This document shows, piece by piece, positions 37,971 through 48,885 of a DNA stretch of 64,000 bases (position 1 is the first letter of the stretch; every line of letters begins with the position of its first letter). The translations under genes were made by a program, and so were the position numbers. The DNA is from an uncultured Gammaproteobacteria bacterium (GTDB lineage: Bacteria; Patescibacteriota; Patescibacteriia; UBA1558; GWA2-36-10), in assembly GCA_964540095.1 (NCBI GenBank), contig CAZILH010000001.1, positions 2,552 through 66,551 on the forward strand. The letters are read 5' to 3'. The notes beneath the pieces are model-generated. The model did no database searches. It saw only the letters and a program-made list of their open reading frames with translations, and had not been told where the DNA came from.

Positions 37971-38990
37971 ATGAACATAGTTGTTGACCAAGAAAAAAAC
38001 TATGATAATTTGTTGTCTCGAAATTTTATTTCGGGCAACTTTTTGCAGAGTAGTGTTTGGAAAGATTTTTTAAAAAAGCAGAATAAAAAATATTGGCCAC
38101 TGATCGCCACCGATGAGGGTGTTGTTTTGGCTTTGTGCTTGGTATATGAGACCGACTTGCCCTTGGGCTTGAGTTATTTGACAGCACCAAAGGGTCCAAT
38201 CTTTTTAAAAAAAATCAGCGCCGAAAAAAAACAAGAATTAAGCAAATTACTTTTGTCAAAGGCCAGAGACATTTGCTTGTCTACAAAAAAAAGAGAAGAA
38301 ATATTTTTTCGCCTAGAGCCAAATACCGAAATCAAAATTCCTAAATTAAGAAAAAGCAAGGACATTCACCCGCGCGATACTTGGATTTTGGACTTGCAAC
38401 AGAGTGAAGAAGAAATTTTGAGTAAGATGCGCCCTAAGACCAGATACAACATTGCCTTAGCCAAAAAAAATGGCGTGCAAATAAAATTTAGTCGAGAAAA
38501 AAGTGATCTTAAAGAATTTTTGCGCTTAATAAAACTAACCGCCACTCGCAATCAGATCTCTATGCACGGTGACGAGTACTATAAACTGCTGTGGGAAACG
38601 TTAGTGGATAATCGCGCTGGTATTTTGGCTGTAGCCGAATATCGTGGTCAGGTAATTGCCGCCAACCTTTTGGTAAATTTTGGCCAGAGCTGTACTTATT
38701 TGCACGGCGGTTCAGATTATGAACATCGACACTTGATGGCCCCCCATCTTTTGCAGTGGGAAAGTATTAGGCAAGCCCAGGCCGCCGGTTTCTTGGTTTA
38801 TGATTTTTGGGGCATTGCGCCCAAGGATAATAGCCACCCTCGCTGGGAGGGCATTACGCGCTTTAAGAAGGGCTTTGGTGGGCAACGTGTAGTTTCGTGT
38901 GGGGCTTATGATTTTATTTATCACCCCACCTGGTATCAGGTTTATTATCTCGGTCGAAAGCTAGTTAATAAAGTAAGAAATTTACGATGA
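37971..38990 (+). CDS. FemAB-family peptidyltransferase (peptidoglycan interpeptide-bridge formation)
   Basis: Length and pattern resemble the FemX/MurM family (two GNAT-like halves; TYLHGGSDYEHRHLMAPHLLQWESI). Confidence 0.65.
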   Translation: MNIVVDQEKNYDNLLSRNFISGNFLQSSVWKDFLKKQNKKYWPLIATDEGVVLALCLVYETDLPLGLSYLTAPKGPIFLKKISAEKKQELSKLLLSKARDICLSTKKREEIFFRLEPNTEIKIPKLRKSKDIHPRDTWILDLQQSEEEILSKMRPKTRYNIALAKKNGVQIKFSREKSDLKEFLRLIKLTATRNQISMHGDEYYKLLWETLVDNRAGILAVAEYRGQVIAANLLVNFGQSCTYLHGGSDYEHRHLMAPHLLQWESIRQAQAAGFLVYDFWGIAPKDNSHPRWEGITRFKKGFGGQRVVSCGAYDFIYHPTWYQVYYLGRKLVNKVRNLR

Positions 38991-39709
38991 TCAAAAAAGT
39001 TTTGATTTCAGCGGCCGGTCGTGGCACCCGCATGCTTGATTTGGGTAAAGACAAGCCCAAACATTTAATCGAGGTTAATAACAAGCCCTTTTTGTATTAT
39101 TTACTAAGTAATTTAAAAAAAGCTGGTTTTACCGACATAACCATGGTAGTTGGCTACAAAAAAGAATTTATGGAAAAATTTTTTAGCCAGCACCAGGATG
39201 AGTTCAACATCACCTTAGTAAATCAGTTTGAAATTTTGGGAGACCAGCGCTATGGCACAGCTTGCCCACTAGAGTGTGTTCGCCAGCTAATGAGTGGTGA
39301 CAACTTTTTATCAGTGAACGGGGATAACATTTATGCTGTGGAAGATTTGGCCAACTTAAATACAGATGATGGTTTTTCTTATGTGGCTGGCTTCCCACAC
39401 CCTGAGCCACAAAATTATGGCGTCTTACAAGTAGATGAAAATGGTCTGCTAAAAAATATTGTTGAAAAACCAAAAAAGTTTGTTGGCAACCTCATCAACA
39501 CTGGCCTTTACAAATTCAGCCCAGAGGTGTTTAGTTATTTAGACAGAATTGGTTTGTCACCGCGCGGTGAGTATGAGCTGACCGACGTCGTCAATTTGAT
39601 GGCCAAAGATAGCAAAGTCAAAGCGATGAGTGTTAAGGGAATTTGGTTGGATTTTGGAAAACCGGCGGATATACCAAAGGTGGAAAACTATTTAAATGGG
39701 CATGATTAA
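38987..39709 (+). CDS. sugar-phosphate nucleotidyltransferase
   Basis: N-terminal ISAAGRGTRM...KPKHLIEV G-x-G-T-R motif of the NTP_transferase family. Confidence 0.75.
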   Translation: MIKKVLISAAGRGTRMLDLGKDKPKHLIEVNNKPFLYYLLSNLKKAGFTDITMVVGYKKEFMEKFFSQHQDEFNITLVNQFEILGDQRYGTACPLECVRQLMSGDNFLSVNGDNIYAVEDLANLNTDDGFSYVAGFPHPEPQNYGVLQVDENGLLKNIVEKPKKFVGNLINTGLYKFSPEVFSYLDRIGLSPRGEYELTDVVNLMAKDSKVKAMSVKGIWLDFGKPADIPKVENYLNGHD

Positions 39710-41012
39710 AAAAATAATAAAAAAATTAATCGGAAAAAAAATATTATCACGCTATCATTATTTTTTGGCGCGAACCGCTTCTTTTGTCTATGGATCGCCC
39801 AGTGAAAAAATGATTGTCATTGGCGTGACCGGCACCAACGGCAAAACCACTACCGTCAACATTATTTCCCAATACCTAGATTGCCTGCAAAAGAAAAATG
39901 GCCTAGCTTCAACCGTGAATTTCAAGGTTAACGACAAAAAGTGGCTCAACAAAAAAAAGATGACCATGCTTGGTCGTTTTCAAACTCAAAGATTACTTAG
40001 GCAGATGTTAAAAGCTGGTTGCGAATATGCCATTATTGAAACATCTTCGCAGGGTATTGAACAACACCGTCAGATTGGTATCAATTACGACGTGTTGCTT
40101 TTTACTAATTTAAGTCCGGAGCACATTGAGGCGCACGGTAGCTTTGAAAACTATCGGGCAGCCAAAGAAAAACTTTTTGCAGAGTTTGGTTCCTTGCCAA
40201 AGAAAAATATCAATGGCCAGGAAATAAAAAAAATTATAATTAGCAACATTGATGATCCAGAAACAGCGCGCTTGAAAAAACACCAGGTTGATAAATTTTT
40301 AACTTACGGATTTGAAAATAGCAGCGACTACCAAGGGACGGATTTGCAGGCCGGAGAGGGGAGAGTTTCATTCAAGTTAAGTGGCCAAGAAATTAGCGCT
40401 AAATATTTAGGCAAGTTCAATGCTTATAATATTTTGGCCGCCCTGGCTTGTTTGGATGCTTTGGGGCTAGACACTAAGCAGGCAATTTCTTGCGGTTTGC
40501 GCAACATACCCGGTCGCCAAGAATGGATTAAATTGGGGCAAAACTTTAAAATAATGGTTGATTATGCCCCAGAGCCAGAGAGCTTGACACAGCTTTATGA
40601 GGCCATAAAAGAAGTAAACAGAAATAAGCTCATTCATGTTTTGGGCTCTTGTGGCGGTGGTCGTGATCAAGCCAGGCGCCCGATTTTGGGTAAAATGGCC
40701 GGCAAAATGGCTGATTTGGTGATAGTAACCAACGAAGACCCCTATGACGACGATCCACAAATGATCATTGATAATGTGGCGCAAGGAGCATTGGAGGCCG
40801 GAAAAGAACTTGATAAAACCCTATTAAAATACCTTGATCGCCGAAAAGCCATCAAAAAAGCACTGTCTGAGGCCAAAGAGAATGATTTTGTTTTGATAAC
40901 TGGTAAGGGCGCCGAACAATTTATTTGTGTGGCCAACGAAAAAAAGATACCCTGGGACGATAGAATGGTTGTCAAAGAAGAGTTACAAAATCTTAATTTA
41001 TCAACAAAATAG
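39696..41012 (+). CDS. Mur ligase family protein (MurE/MurT-like)
   Basis: GVTGTNGKTTT P-loop about 45 aa from N-terminus (MurT-like short N-terminus), Mur ligase middle and C-terminal domains. Confidence 0.65.
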   Translation: MGMIKKIIKKLIGKKILSRYHYFLARTASFVYGSPSEKMIVIGVTGTNGKTTTVNIISQYLDCLQKKNGLASTVNFKVNDKKWLNKKKMTMLGRFQTQRLLRQMLKAGCEYAIIETSSQGIEQHRQIGINYDVLLFTNLSPEHIEAHGSFENYRAAKEKLFAEFGSLPKKNINGQEIKKIIISNIDDPETARLKKHQVDKFLTYGFENSSDYQGTDLQAGEGRVSFKLSGQEISAKYLGKFNAYNILAALACLDALGLDTKQAISCGLRNIPGRQEWIKLGQNFKIMVDYAPEPESLTQLYEAIKEVNRNKLIHVLGSCGGGRDQARRPILGKMAGKMADLVIVTNEDPYDDDPQMIIDNVAQGALEAGKELDKTLLKYLDRRKAIKKALSEAKENDFVLITGKGAEQFICVANEKKIPWDDRMVVKEELQNLNLSTK

Positions 41013-41066
41013 GGGTTTTTTAGTAAAATAAAGTTTTTTAAAGTAGGTGGCAATGCTTGCACCGCC

Positions 41067-41096
41067 AGGCGCAAGGCGCCTGGCGGTGTGGATAAG
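41067..41096. terminator. GC-rich 13-bp perfect hairpin (caccgccaggcgc/gcgcctggcggtg) downstream of Mur ligase gene
   Basis: Perfect inverted repeat with aagg loop in otherwise AT-rich spacer; weak T-run. Confidence 0.4.
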
Positions 41097-41243
41097 GTGT
41101 GTGCAAAGAGTGGTTTTTGTGGATATTTTAGCAAAAATTCATTAAAATTTGACAAACATAAAAAATTGTATATATAGTATTTTTGGCCAATATTGGCGAT
41201 TTGTTTATAAAAAAAATATTTAAAGCAAAAAAATGGGTCAAAT

Positions 41244-41275
41244 CCTTGACACGGACCCTAAATTTTGTTATCATC
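41244..41275 (+). promoter_or_regulatory. sigma70-like promoter upstream of rpoB (TTGACA-17-TATCAT); second candidate at ~41150-41180
   Basis: Near-consensus hexamers with 17-nt spacer in 400-bp intergenic before rpoB. Confidence 0.4.
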
Positions 41276-41425
41276 CAGACATGAATTTTTTCGCGACTAA
41301 TATAGATTAGTCAATTTGTAATCAAAGACTGACCCAAAATATATGGGTGAGCTTCTTTTTTTATGCTACAAAATAAGCAATTTTGTGACGCTTAGCTAAA
41401 TATTTATTACTAAATATAAAGGTTT

Positions 41426-44400
41426 ATGTCTCAAACCAAGCTTGCGACCTCTCGTAAATATTTCACACCCCTGCGCGAGGCAATTCCCTTGCCCGACTTA
41501 ATAGAAATCCAAAAAAAATCGTATCATTGGTTTTTTCAGGATGGCTTAAAAGAATTATTTGATGAGATTTCGCCCATTAAAGATTTTATTGGCCGAGATT
41601 TAGAATTATTCTTTTTAGAATATTATTTGGATGAGCCAAAGTTTGACGAGGTGACTGCCAAAAGTAAAAACCTTACTTTTGAGGCGCCACTGAGAGTCAA
41701 TGTCCGCTTATCAAACAAACGCACCAACGAAGTCAAGGAGCAGGAGATTTATCTGGGAGATTTTCCTCTGATGACTGATCGCGGTACTTTCATAGTCAAT
41801 GGCGTGGAAAGAGTGGTGGTCTCACAATTGATTCGCAGTGCTGGAGTTTTCTTTTCCTCAGAAGTACATCGTGGTCGTCGTTACTATGGCGCCAAAATTA
41901 TTCCTAATCGTGGAGCTTGGTTGGAAATAGAAACTGATGCCAGCAATGTAATCTATGTAAAAATCGATCGCAAGCGCAAGGTGCCCGTCACTTCACTGCT
42001 TCGGGCCTTTGGTGTTTCTAGCGACGAAGAGATATTAAAATTATTTTCTGATGTTGATACCCACCCTGAGGTGAAGTTTATCAAAGCAACTATTGCCAAA
42101 GATATTGCTCACAATGAAGCTGATGGTTTGCGGGAAGTATATCGTCGCATCAGACCAGGCGATCTAGCCACGGTTGATAATGCGCGTAGTTTGATCCGCT
42201 CTATATTTTTTAATTTTGATCGTTATGATTTTGGGCGCGTGGGTCGCTACAAAATAAACGCGCGTTTTAGTTTGGATATTCCCAACAACAAAGAAACTAG
42301 AGTATTGCGCGTGGAGGATTTGGTTTTGGTCATTAAAGAAATTATTAGACTGAATCTTACTCAAGACGAAGCCGACGATATTGATCACTTGGGTAATAGA
42401 CGCGTCAGAGCAGTTGGTGAGTTGGTGCAAAATAGATTCAGGATTGGTTTGGCTCGCATGGAGCGCATTGTCAAGGATCGCATGAGCACCCTGGATATCA
42501 ATAATTTGACGCCTAGCCAATTGATTAATGCGCGGCCGGTTATTGGTGTTATTAAGGAGTTTTTTATGAGCTCCCAACTTTCACAATTTATGGACCAAGT
42601 AAATCCTTTGGCCGAACTAGAACACAAGCGCCGACTTTCTGCTATGGGACCAGGTGGTCTTTCTCGCGAAAGAGCGGGCTTTGAGGTTCGTGATGTGCAC
42701 CGCACCCACTATGGTCGCATTTGTCCAATTGCTACACCAGAAGGACCAAACATTGGTTTGGTCGGACACCTAGCTTCTTATGCTAGGGTCAATGATTTTG
42801 GTTTTATTGAAACACCATTTAGAAAAGTTTTGCATGATATTGAAAATGATCCAAAAATCACTGAAGGCAAGATTGCCCGAGTAGACATCAAGGATCCCAA
42901 TAGCAAAAAAGTTTTGATAAGCGCCAACGAAGTTATTAGTGCCAGTAAGGCCAAAGAACTAGCCAAGATAAAAGAAATAGAAGTGGTGCCCATTAAACCA
43001 TTGGTCACCAAAGAGATTGTTTATTTGGACGCCTTTGAAGAAGAAAAATACAACACCTGCGCTTCAACTGCAGCTACCGACGAGCATGGTTATTTTGAAA
43101 ATGGTTTTGCCGAAATTAGAATCAAAGGCAACCCAACCTTTGATACGGTTGATAAAATAGATTTGATGGATGTGGCACCGCACCAGATTATTAGTATTGC
43201 CACGGCCCTGATTCCTTTTTTGGAAAACGATGATGCTACTCGCGCTTTGATGGGTACCAATATGCAGCGCCAATCCGTTTCTTTGATCAAACCCGAAGCG
43301 CCAATTGTGGGCACTGGTGTTGAAGCTAAGGCCGCTATTGACTCAGGACAAGTAGTGGTCAGCAAAGAAGAGGGCGAAATTACCATGGTTGATGGACGCC
43401 GCATTGAAGTGACCAACAAAGATGGTGTGGCTACTATTTATCATTTGAATAAATTTGCTCGTTCCAACACCTCGACTAGCATGAACCAGCACCCTATAGT
43501 CAATAAAGCCGAGCATGTCAAAAAAGGTCAAGCCATTGCTGATGGTGCGGCCACTGACCAGGGTGAACTAGCCCTGGGCCGTAATGTTTTGGTGGCCTAT
43601 ATGACTTGGGATGGCGGAAACTACGAAGATGCTATTTTGATTTCTGAACGAGTAGTTAAAGAAGATTTTTATACCTCAATCAGCATCGAAGATTATTCTA
43701 TTGATGTACGCGATACTAAGTTAGGACCAGAGATGGTCACCAGAGACATCCCCAATGTCAGCGAAGAAAAATTAAAAGATCTAGATCGCGAAGGCGTGGT
43801 GCGCATCGGTGCCAACGTTTCTTCGGGGGATATTTTGGTTGGCAAGATCACGCCCAAAGGTGAGACCGAGCTTTCGGCTGAAGAAAAATTGTTGCGCGCT
43901 ATTTTTGGCGAAAAAGCCAAAGATGTTCGCGACACTTCATTGTATATAAAACACGGTGAGCGCGGAAAAGTAATTGATATAAAAATATTTTCTAGGGACA
44001 AGGGTGATAAATTACCAGCTGGCGTGATTAAAACAATCCAGATTACCATTGCCCAACTTAGAAAGATTCAGGTTGGCGATAAAATGGCTGGTCGTCATGG
44101 TAATAAGGGAGTTATTTCTAGGGTGGTAGCTGATGCTGACATGCCTTTCTTGGCTGATGGTACTCCGGTAGATATTATTTTAAACCCACTTGGCGTTATT
44201 TCTCGTATGAACTTAGGTCAGTTATTAGAAACCCACCTTGGTTTGGCAGCTAGAACCTTGGGTTACAAAGTGGCTAGTCCGTCTTTGAATAGTGTGCCTG
44301 AAGAAATAATTCGCACCGAGTTGAAGCGCGCTGGTTTGCCAGAAAGTGGTAAATTACAACTTTATGATGGTCGCAATGGCCGAGCCTTTGAACACAAGAC

Positions 44401-44863
44401 AACCGTTGGCGTGGCCTATATGATGAAGTTGAATCACTTGGTAGAAGATAAGATTCACCAAAGATCAATTGGACCATACTCCTTAGTTACTCAGCAACCC
44501 TTGGGTGGCAAGGCTCAATTTGGCGGACAGCGTTTTGGTGAAATGGAAGTTTGGGCTCTGGAGGCCTATGGCGCTTCCAATACTTTGCAAGAAATGATCA
44601 CCATCAAGTCCGATGATGTGCCTGGTCGCTCCAAGGCCTACGAATCAATCATTAAGGGTGAGCCCATAACTCGCTTGAATATACCAGAGTCATTCAATGT
44701 TTTGGTCAGGGAATTAAAGGGCCTGGGCTTGGAAGTCGAACTAATTGGTCAGCGAGAAAGAAAGATTGAGGAAGTGGATTATGAGACCAGAGAAATTTTG
44801 GATGAACAGGCCCCAATCATCATGGATGCGCCAGCCAATGGTCCGCTTGAGAACGAAGAATAA
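41426..44863 (+). CDS. rpoB: DNA-directed RNA polymerase subunit beta
   Basis: 1145 aa, conserved rif-cluster and catalytic regions. Confidence 0.95.
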   Translation: MSQTKLATSRKYFTPLREAIPLPDLIEIQKKSYHWFFQDGLKELFDEISPIKDFIGRDLELFFLEYYLDEPKFDEVTAKSKNLTFEAPLRVNVRLSNKRTNEVKEQEIYLGDFPLMTDRGTFIVNGVERVVVSQLIRSAGVFFSSEVHRGRRYYGAKIIPNRGAWLEIETDASNVIYVKIDRKRKVPVTSLLRAFGVSSDEEILKLFSDVDTHPEVKFIKATIAKDIAHNEADGLREVYRRIRPGDLATVDNARSLIRSIFFNFDRYDFGRVGRYKINARFSLDIPNNKETRVLRVEDLVLVIKEIIRLNLTQDEADDIDHLGNRRVRAVGELVQNRFRIGLARMERIVKDRMSTLDINNLTPSQLINARPVIGVIKEFFMSSQLSQFMDQVNPLAELEHKRRLSAMGPGGLSRERAGFEVRDVHRTHYGRICPIATPEGPNIGLVGHLASYARVNDFGFIETPFRKVLHDIENDPKITEGKIARVDIKDPNSKKVLISANEVISASKAKELAKIKEIEVVPIKPLVTKEIVYLDAFEEEKYNTCASTAATDEHGYFENGFAEIRIKGNPTFDTVDKIDLMDVAPHQIISIATALIPFLENDDATRALMGTNMQRQSVSLIKPEAPIVGTGVEAKAAIDSGQVVVSKEEGEITMVDGRRIEVTNKDGVATIYHLNKFARSNTSTSMNQHPIVNKAEHVKKGQAIADGAATDQGELALGRNVLVAYMTWDGGNYEDAILISERVVKEDFYTSISIEDYSIDVRDTKLGPEMVTRDIPNVSEEKLKDLDREGVVRIGANVSSGDILVGKITPKGETELSAEEKLLRAIFGEKAKDVRDTSLYIKHGERGKVIDIKIFSRDKGDKLPAGVIKTIQITIAQLRKIQVGDKMAGRHGNKGVISRVVADADMPFLADGTPVDIILNPLGVISRMNLGQLLETHLGLAARTLGYKVASPSLNSVPEEIIRTELKRAGLPESGKLQLYDGRNGRAFEHKTTVGVAYMMKLNHLVEDKIHQRSIGPYSLVTQQPLGGKAQFGGQRFGEMEVWALEAYGASNTLQEMITIKSDDVPGRSKAYESIIKGEPITRLNIPESFNVLVRELKGLGLEVELIGQRERKIEEVDYETREILDEQAPIIMDAPANGPLENEE

Positions 44864-44884
44864 ATAAATTAGCCAATAAAATAT

Positions 44885-47800
44885 ATGCCAACTCCATCGT
44901 CAACCAAAACAACCTTTGTCGGTAATGACAAAAACACGGTTTTGGAATTTGATGCCATAAAATTACGCCTGGCCTCACCAGAAGATATTCATGGCTGGTC
45001 ACACGGCGAGGTCTTGAAGCCAGAGACGCTGAATTATCGCACTCAAAAGCCAGAAAAAGATGGTTTGTTTTGCGAAAAAATATTTGGACCAACCAAGGAT
45101 TGGGAGTGTTATTGCGGCAAATATAAACGCATCAGATACAAAGGCATTGTTTGCGACAAATGCGGAGTCGAAGTCACTAGGGCTGTAGTCCGTCGTGAGC
45201 GCATGGGCCACATTGATTTGGCTGCTCCGGTGTCTCACATTTGGTTTTTACGAGGCATTCCCTCAAAGATCGGTTTGGTGCTTGACCTAAGCATCCAGTC
45301 ATTAGAAAAAATAATTTATTTTGCTTCTTTTATTGTGATCAAAATTGACGAGCCAGCTCGTCAGGAGACCCTAGAGCAAATAAAAACTGAGTTAAAAAGC
45401 AAGCGTAAGCAAATTGATAACGAGTTCAATCAACGTTCCCAGGAAATAAATAAAAGCAAAGTAAAAATGTTGGCTAATGGTGAGGCCAAAGAAAAAGTAG
45501 ACAGAAAAACCGAACAAGAGTTGTTGGCGCTAAACGTTGCCAAAATTGATAAAGTTAAAACCCTAGAAGAGGCCGCTGAAACCGCCATTAAAGAGCTTAA
45601 GGATTTGCACGAGCTACAAATTGTTTCTGAAAACAAATATCAGGAACTTTCTTTGCGCTATGGCCATGTTTTTGAGGCCGGTATTGGTGCTGAAGCAATC
45701 TTTGATTTACTCAAAAAAATTAGCTTGCCAAAATTGTTAAACGATTTAGAGGAAGAAATCAAAACAGCTCTACCATCCAAGACCAAAAAACTTATTAGAC
45801 GCTCGCGCTTGATTAAGAGTTTGGTTATAAATAAAATCAGACCAGAATGGATGATAATGTCGGCCATACCAGTCATACCTCCGGATTTGCGTCCCATGGT
45901 TCAGCTAGATGGTGGACGCTTTGCTTCCTCTGATCTCAATGATTTGTATCGTCGAGTGATCAATCGCAACAACCGCTTGAAGAGATTGAAGGAGTTGAAT
46001 GCCCCAGAAGTTATACAGCGCAATGAAAAAAGAATGTTGCAAGAGGCCGTTGATGCCTTGATAGATAATAATGCCAGACACGGCAAAACAGTGACGGCCT
46101 CCACTGGGCAAAAACGCATGCTCAAGAGTATTGCTGATATGCTGAAAGGTAAGCAAGGTCGTTTTCGTCAGAACCTGCTTGGCAAAAGGGTCGACTACTC
46201 TGGTCGCTCGGTAATTGTTGTTGGTCCGCACTTAAAATTACATCAATGTGGTTTGCCAAAAATAATGGCCCTAGAACTATTCAGACCATTTGTAATTTCT
46301 AAATTGATCAAAGCCGAACTAGTGCACAATGTGCGTAGTGCTAATAAATATATTGAGGCCGGTCATCCTGAGGTTTGGGCCATATTGGAAGACATTATTA
46401 AGGACGCTCATGTTTTACTTAACCGTGCTCCAACTTTACATCGTTTGGGTATTCAAGCCTTTCGGCCAATATTGATTGAGGGTAAAGCCATACAACTACA
46501 CCCACTTGTTTGCACGGCTTTCAATGCCGACTTTGATGGCGATCAAATGGCCGTACACGTGCCCTTGACCGAAGAAGCTAAGTTTGAGGCCTCAAGCTTG
46601 ATGTTGTCATCCAACAACCTATTAAAACCAGCTACTGGAGAACCAGTGACCATGCCAACGCAAGATATGGTATGGGGTGGCTACTACATGACCTACATCC
46701 GCAAAGACGCCAAAGTAGTTAAAGTATTTACCGATGAAGATGAGGCCGAGAAGGTGTTTACTATGGGCCTGATAAAATTACAAGATCTAATTAAAGTCAG
46801 AGTCGGGAAAGTAAATAATCAAATTTTAGAAACCTCAATTGGTCGTATTTTATTTAATAAGATTTTACCAAAAGAAATTTCTTTTGTGAACAACGCCGTG
46901 GACAAAAAAGCCATGAAGAATATTGTGGCTGAAGCTTTCCGTATTTTGCCACACGACAGGACAGTTCGTTTGTTAGACGACATCAAAGATTTGGCCTTCC
47001 GTTATATCACTGATTCGGGTATGTCTTGGGGCATGGATGACATACCGCGAGTGGAGGCCAAGGCCGCTTTGATCAAGGAAGCAGAAAAACAAGTAGAAGA
47101 AATAAAGGAACAATATAATAATGGTTTATTGACCAACCATGAGCGTTACATAAAAGTAATTGAGGTTTGGAATGAGATTAAAAATCGTATTAGTGAACAG
47201 TGCAAACTAGTGTTCAACCAAGAAAACTCCATTGCTTCAATTATCAACTCCGGCGCTCGTGGTACTTGGTCACAGATGTTACAGATCATGGGTTTGAAAG
47301 GCACGGTTATCAATCCAGCTGGTGAGGTTATTGAATTGCCCATCAAAGCCAGCTTTCGTGAGGGCTTGGACGTTTTGGAGTATTTTATTTCTACTCATGG
47401 CACCAGAAAAGGATTGTCTGATACGGCCTTGCGTACAGCCAGCGCCGGTTATTTGACTAGACGCTTGGTTGACGTTTCTCAAGATGTGGTAGTTTTGGAG
47501 GAAGATTGTGGAGACAAAGAGGGCCTACTCATTGACAAGGAGGAGAGCGCCAATTTTAATGAGCCCTTGCATGAACGCATCATTGGCCGCGTTTTGATAA
47601 ATGACATCAAGGATCCAAACAGTAAAAAAGTTTTAATTAAAAAAGGAGTACTAGTCACCAAAGAATTAGCCGACCACGTTGCCAAAGTTGATTTGGAGTC
47701 CATCCGCATTCGTTCTGTTTTGACCTGTAAGGCCATACGCGGCGTGTGTCAAAAGTGCTATGGTTATGATTTGGGCTATAATCGTTTGGTGGAAAAGGGT

Positions 47801-48778
47801 ACGGCCGTTGGTATAGTGGCCGCCCAAAGTATTGGTGAGCCCGGTACTCAATTGACCATGCGCACCTTCCACACGGGTGGTGTGTCCGAGGGTGATATTA
47901 CCCAAGGTCTACCCAGAGTTGAAGAGTTGTTTGAAGCACGCCTACCAAAGAAGCCAGCCATCATTGCTCCGGTCAATGGCGTGGTCTTGATTACGGAAAC
48001 AAACAAATTGATTAGCAAGGATAACCAGGTCATCAAAATAGAGCCACAGGGAGCGCGTATTGCTAAATATGATTTAGACAAATCCACCGAGCTCAAAGTC
48101 AAAGACGGCGAAGAGGTGGCCAAAGAACAATTGTTGATCATCAACGAAGAACAAGAGATAAGAGCCACCTTTGCTGGTATTGCTAAGTTGACCGACGATC
48201 AATTACAAATTATAAGTCACAAAAACGAAGTGATTGACGTTATTATACCAGCCGGCTACAAACTTTATGTAAAAAATAAAGACATAGTGGTTGAGGGTCA
48301 ATCCATGACCGAGGGTAGTGTTGATTTACACGAACTGTATCAGATCAAAGGACAGCTAGCCGTGCAGAAATATATTATCAAAGAGATTAAGAGCATTTAT
48401 TCTTTGCAGGGACAAAATTTGAACGACAAGCACGTAGAGCTCATTGTCAAACAAATGTTTTCCAGAATTTTTATCAAGGACATTGGTGATACCGATTTAT
48501 TGCCAGGGGAAATTATTACTAGCACTCAGTTTAGTGAGGCCAATCGCAAGACCAAGGGCCAAGAGGCCAAGGGAGAAGTCCTATTGATGGGCATTACTAA
48601 GGCAGCCCTAACCTCAGACTCATTCTTGTCAGCGGCCTCGTTCCAAGAAACAGCTAGAGTTTTAATCGACGCTGCTATTTCTGGTCGCATCGATCATCTC
48701 AAAGGATTGAAAGAGAATGTGATTATTGGTCGCAAAATACCAGCTGGTACAGGATTCATAGACAAAACAACCAAATAA
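44885..48778 (+). CDS. rpoC: DNA-directed RNA polymerase subunit beta'
   Basis: Zn-finger [20 protein letters not shown], catalytic NADFDGD, trigger loop; terminator aaaagcccccaatattgggggctttttt follows. Confidence 0.95.
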   Translation: MPTPSSTKTTFVGNDKNTVLEFDAIKLRLASPEDIHGWSHGEVLKPETLNYRTQKPEKDGLFCEKIFGPTKDWECYCGKYKRIRYKGIVCDKCGVEVTRAVVRRERMGHIDLAAPVSHIWFLRGIPSKIGLVLDLSIQSLEKIIYFASFIVIKIDEPARQETLEQIKTELKSKRKQIDNEFNQRSQEINKSKVKMLANGEAKEKVDRKTEQELLALNVAKIDKVKTLEEAAETAIKELKDLHELQIVSENKYQELSLRYGHVFEAGIGAEAIFDLLKKISLPKLLNDLEEEIKTALPSKTKKLIRRSRLIKSLVINKIRPEWMIMSAIPVIPPDLRPMVQLDGGRFASSDLNDLYRRVINRNNRLKRLKELNAPEVIQRNEKRMLQEAVDALIDNNARHGKTVTASTGQKRMLKSIADMLKGKQGRFRQNLLGKRVDYSGRSVIVVGPHLKLHQCGLPKIMALELFRPFVISKLIKAELVHNVRSANKYIEAGHPEVWAILEDIIKDAHVLLNRAPTLHRLGIQAFRPILIEGKAIQLHPLVCTAFNADFDGDQMAVHVPLTEEAKFEASSLMLSSNNLLKPATGEPVTMPTQDMVWGGYYMTYIRKDAKVVKVFTDEDEAEKVFTMGLIKLQDLIKVRVGKVNNQILETSIGRILFNKILPKEISFVNNAVDKKAMKNIVAEAFRILPHDRTVRLLDDIKDLAFRYITDSGMSWGMDDIPRVEAKAALIKEAEKQVEEIKEQYNNGLLTNHERYIKVIEVWNEIKNRISEQCKLVFNQENSIASIINSGARGTWSQMLQIMGLKGTVINPAGEVIELPIKASFREGLDVLEYFISTHGTRKGLSDTALRTASAGYLTRRLVDVSQDVVVLEEDCGDKEGLLIDKEESANFNEPLHERIIGRVLINDIKDPNSKKVLIKKGVLVTKELADHVAKVDLESIRIRSVLTCKAIRGVCQKCYGYDLGYNRLVEKGTAVGIVAAQSIGEPGTQLTMRTFHTGGVSEGDITQGLPRVEELFEARLPKKPAIIAPVNGVVLITETNKLISKDNQVIKIEPQGARIAKYDLDKSTELKVKDGEEVAKEQLLIINEEQEIRATFAGIAKLTDDQLQIISHKNEVIDVIIPAGYKLYVKNKDIVVEGQSMTEGSVDLHELYQIKGQLAVQKYIIKEIKSIYSLQGQNLNDKHVELIVKQMFSRIFIKDIGDTDLLPGEIITSTQFSEANRKTKGQEAKGEVLLMGITKAALTSDSFLSAASFQETARVLIDAAISGRIDHLKGLKENVIIGRKIPAGTGFIDKTTK

Positions 48779-48885
48779 AAAAAGCCCCCAATATTGGGGG
48801 CTTTTTTGGTAGGACGGGATTTTATTTTTATACTAGATTGTGATAAAATATACCGATAAGATAGCTGTATAATAAGCTTTTTATT

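Noticed and set aside
41067-41096. The 13-bp GC hairpin upstream of rpoB as a riboswitch or L10-leader-like autoregulatory element
   Set aside because: rplJ/rplL are absent here and the hairpin lies about 330 nt upstream of rpoB before the candidate promoters; more simply the terminator of the Mur ligase operon
41426-48778. Numerous 60-140-aa antisense/alternate-frame ORFs within rpoB, rpoC, smc, ftsK and dnaA
   Set aside because: Nested within highly conserved long genes, no RBS, low-complexity translations; classic spurious ORFs
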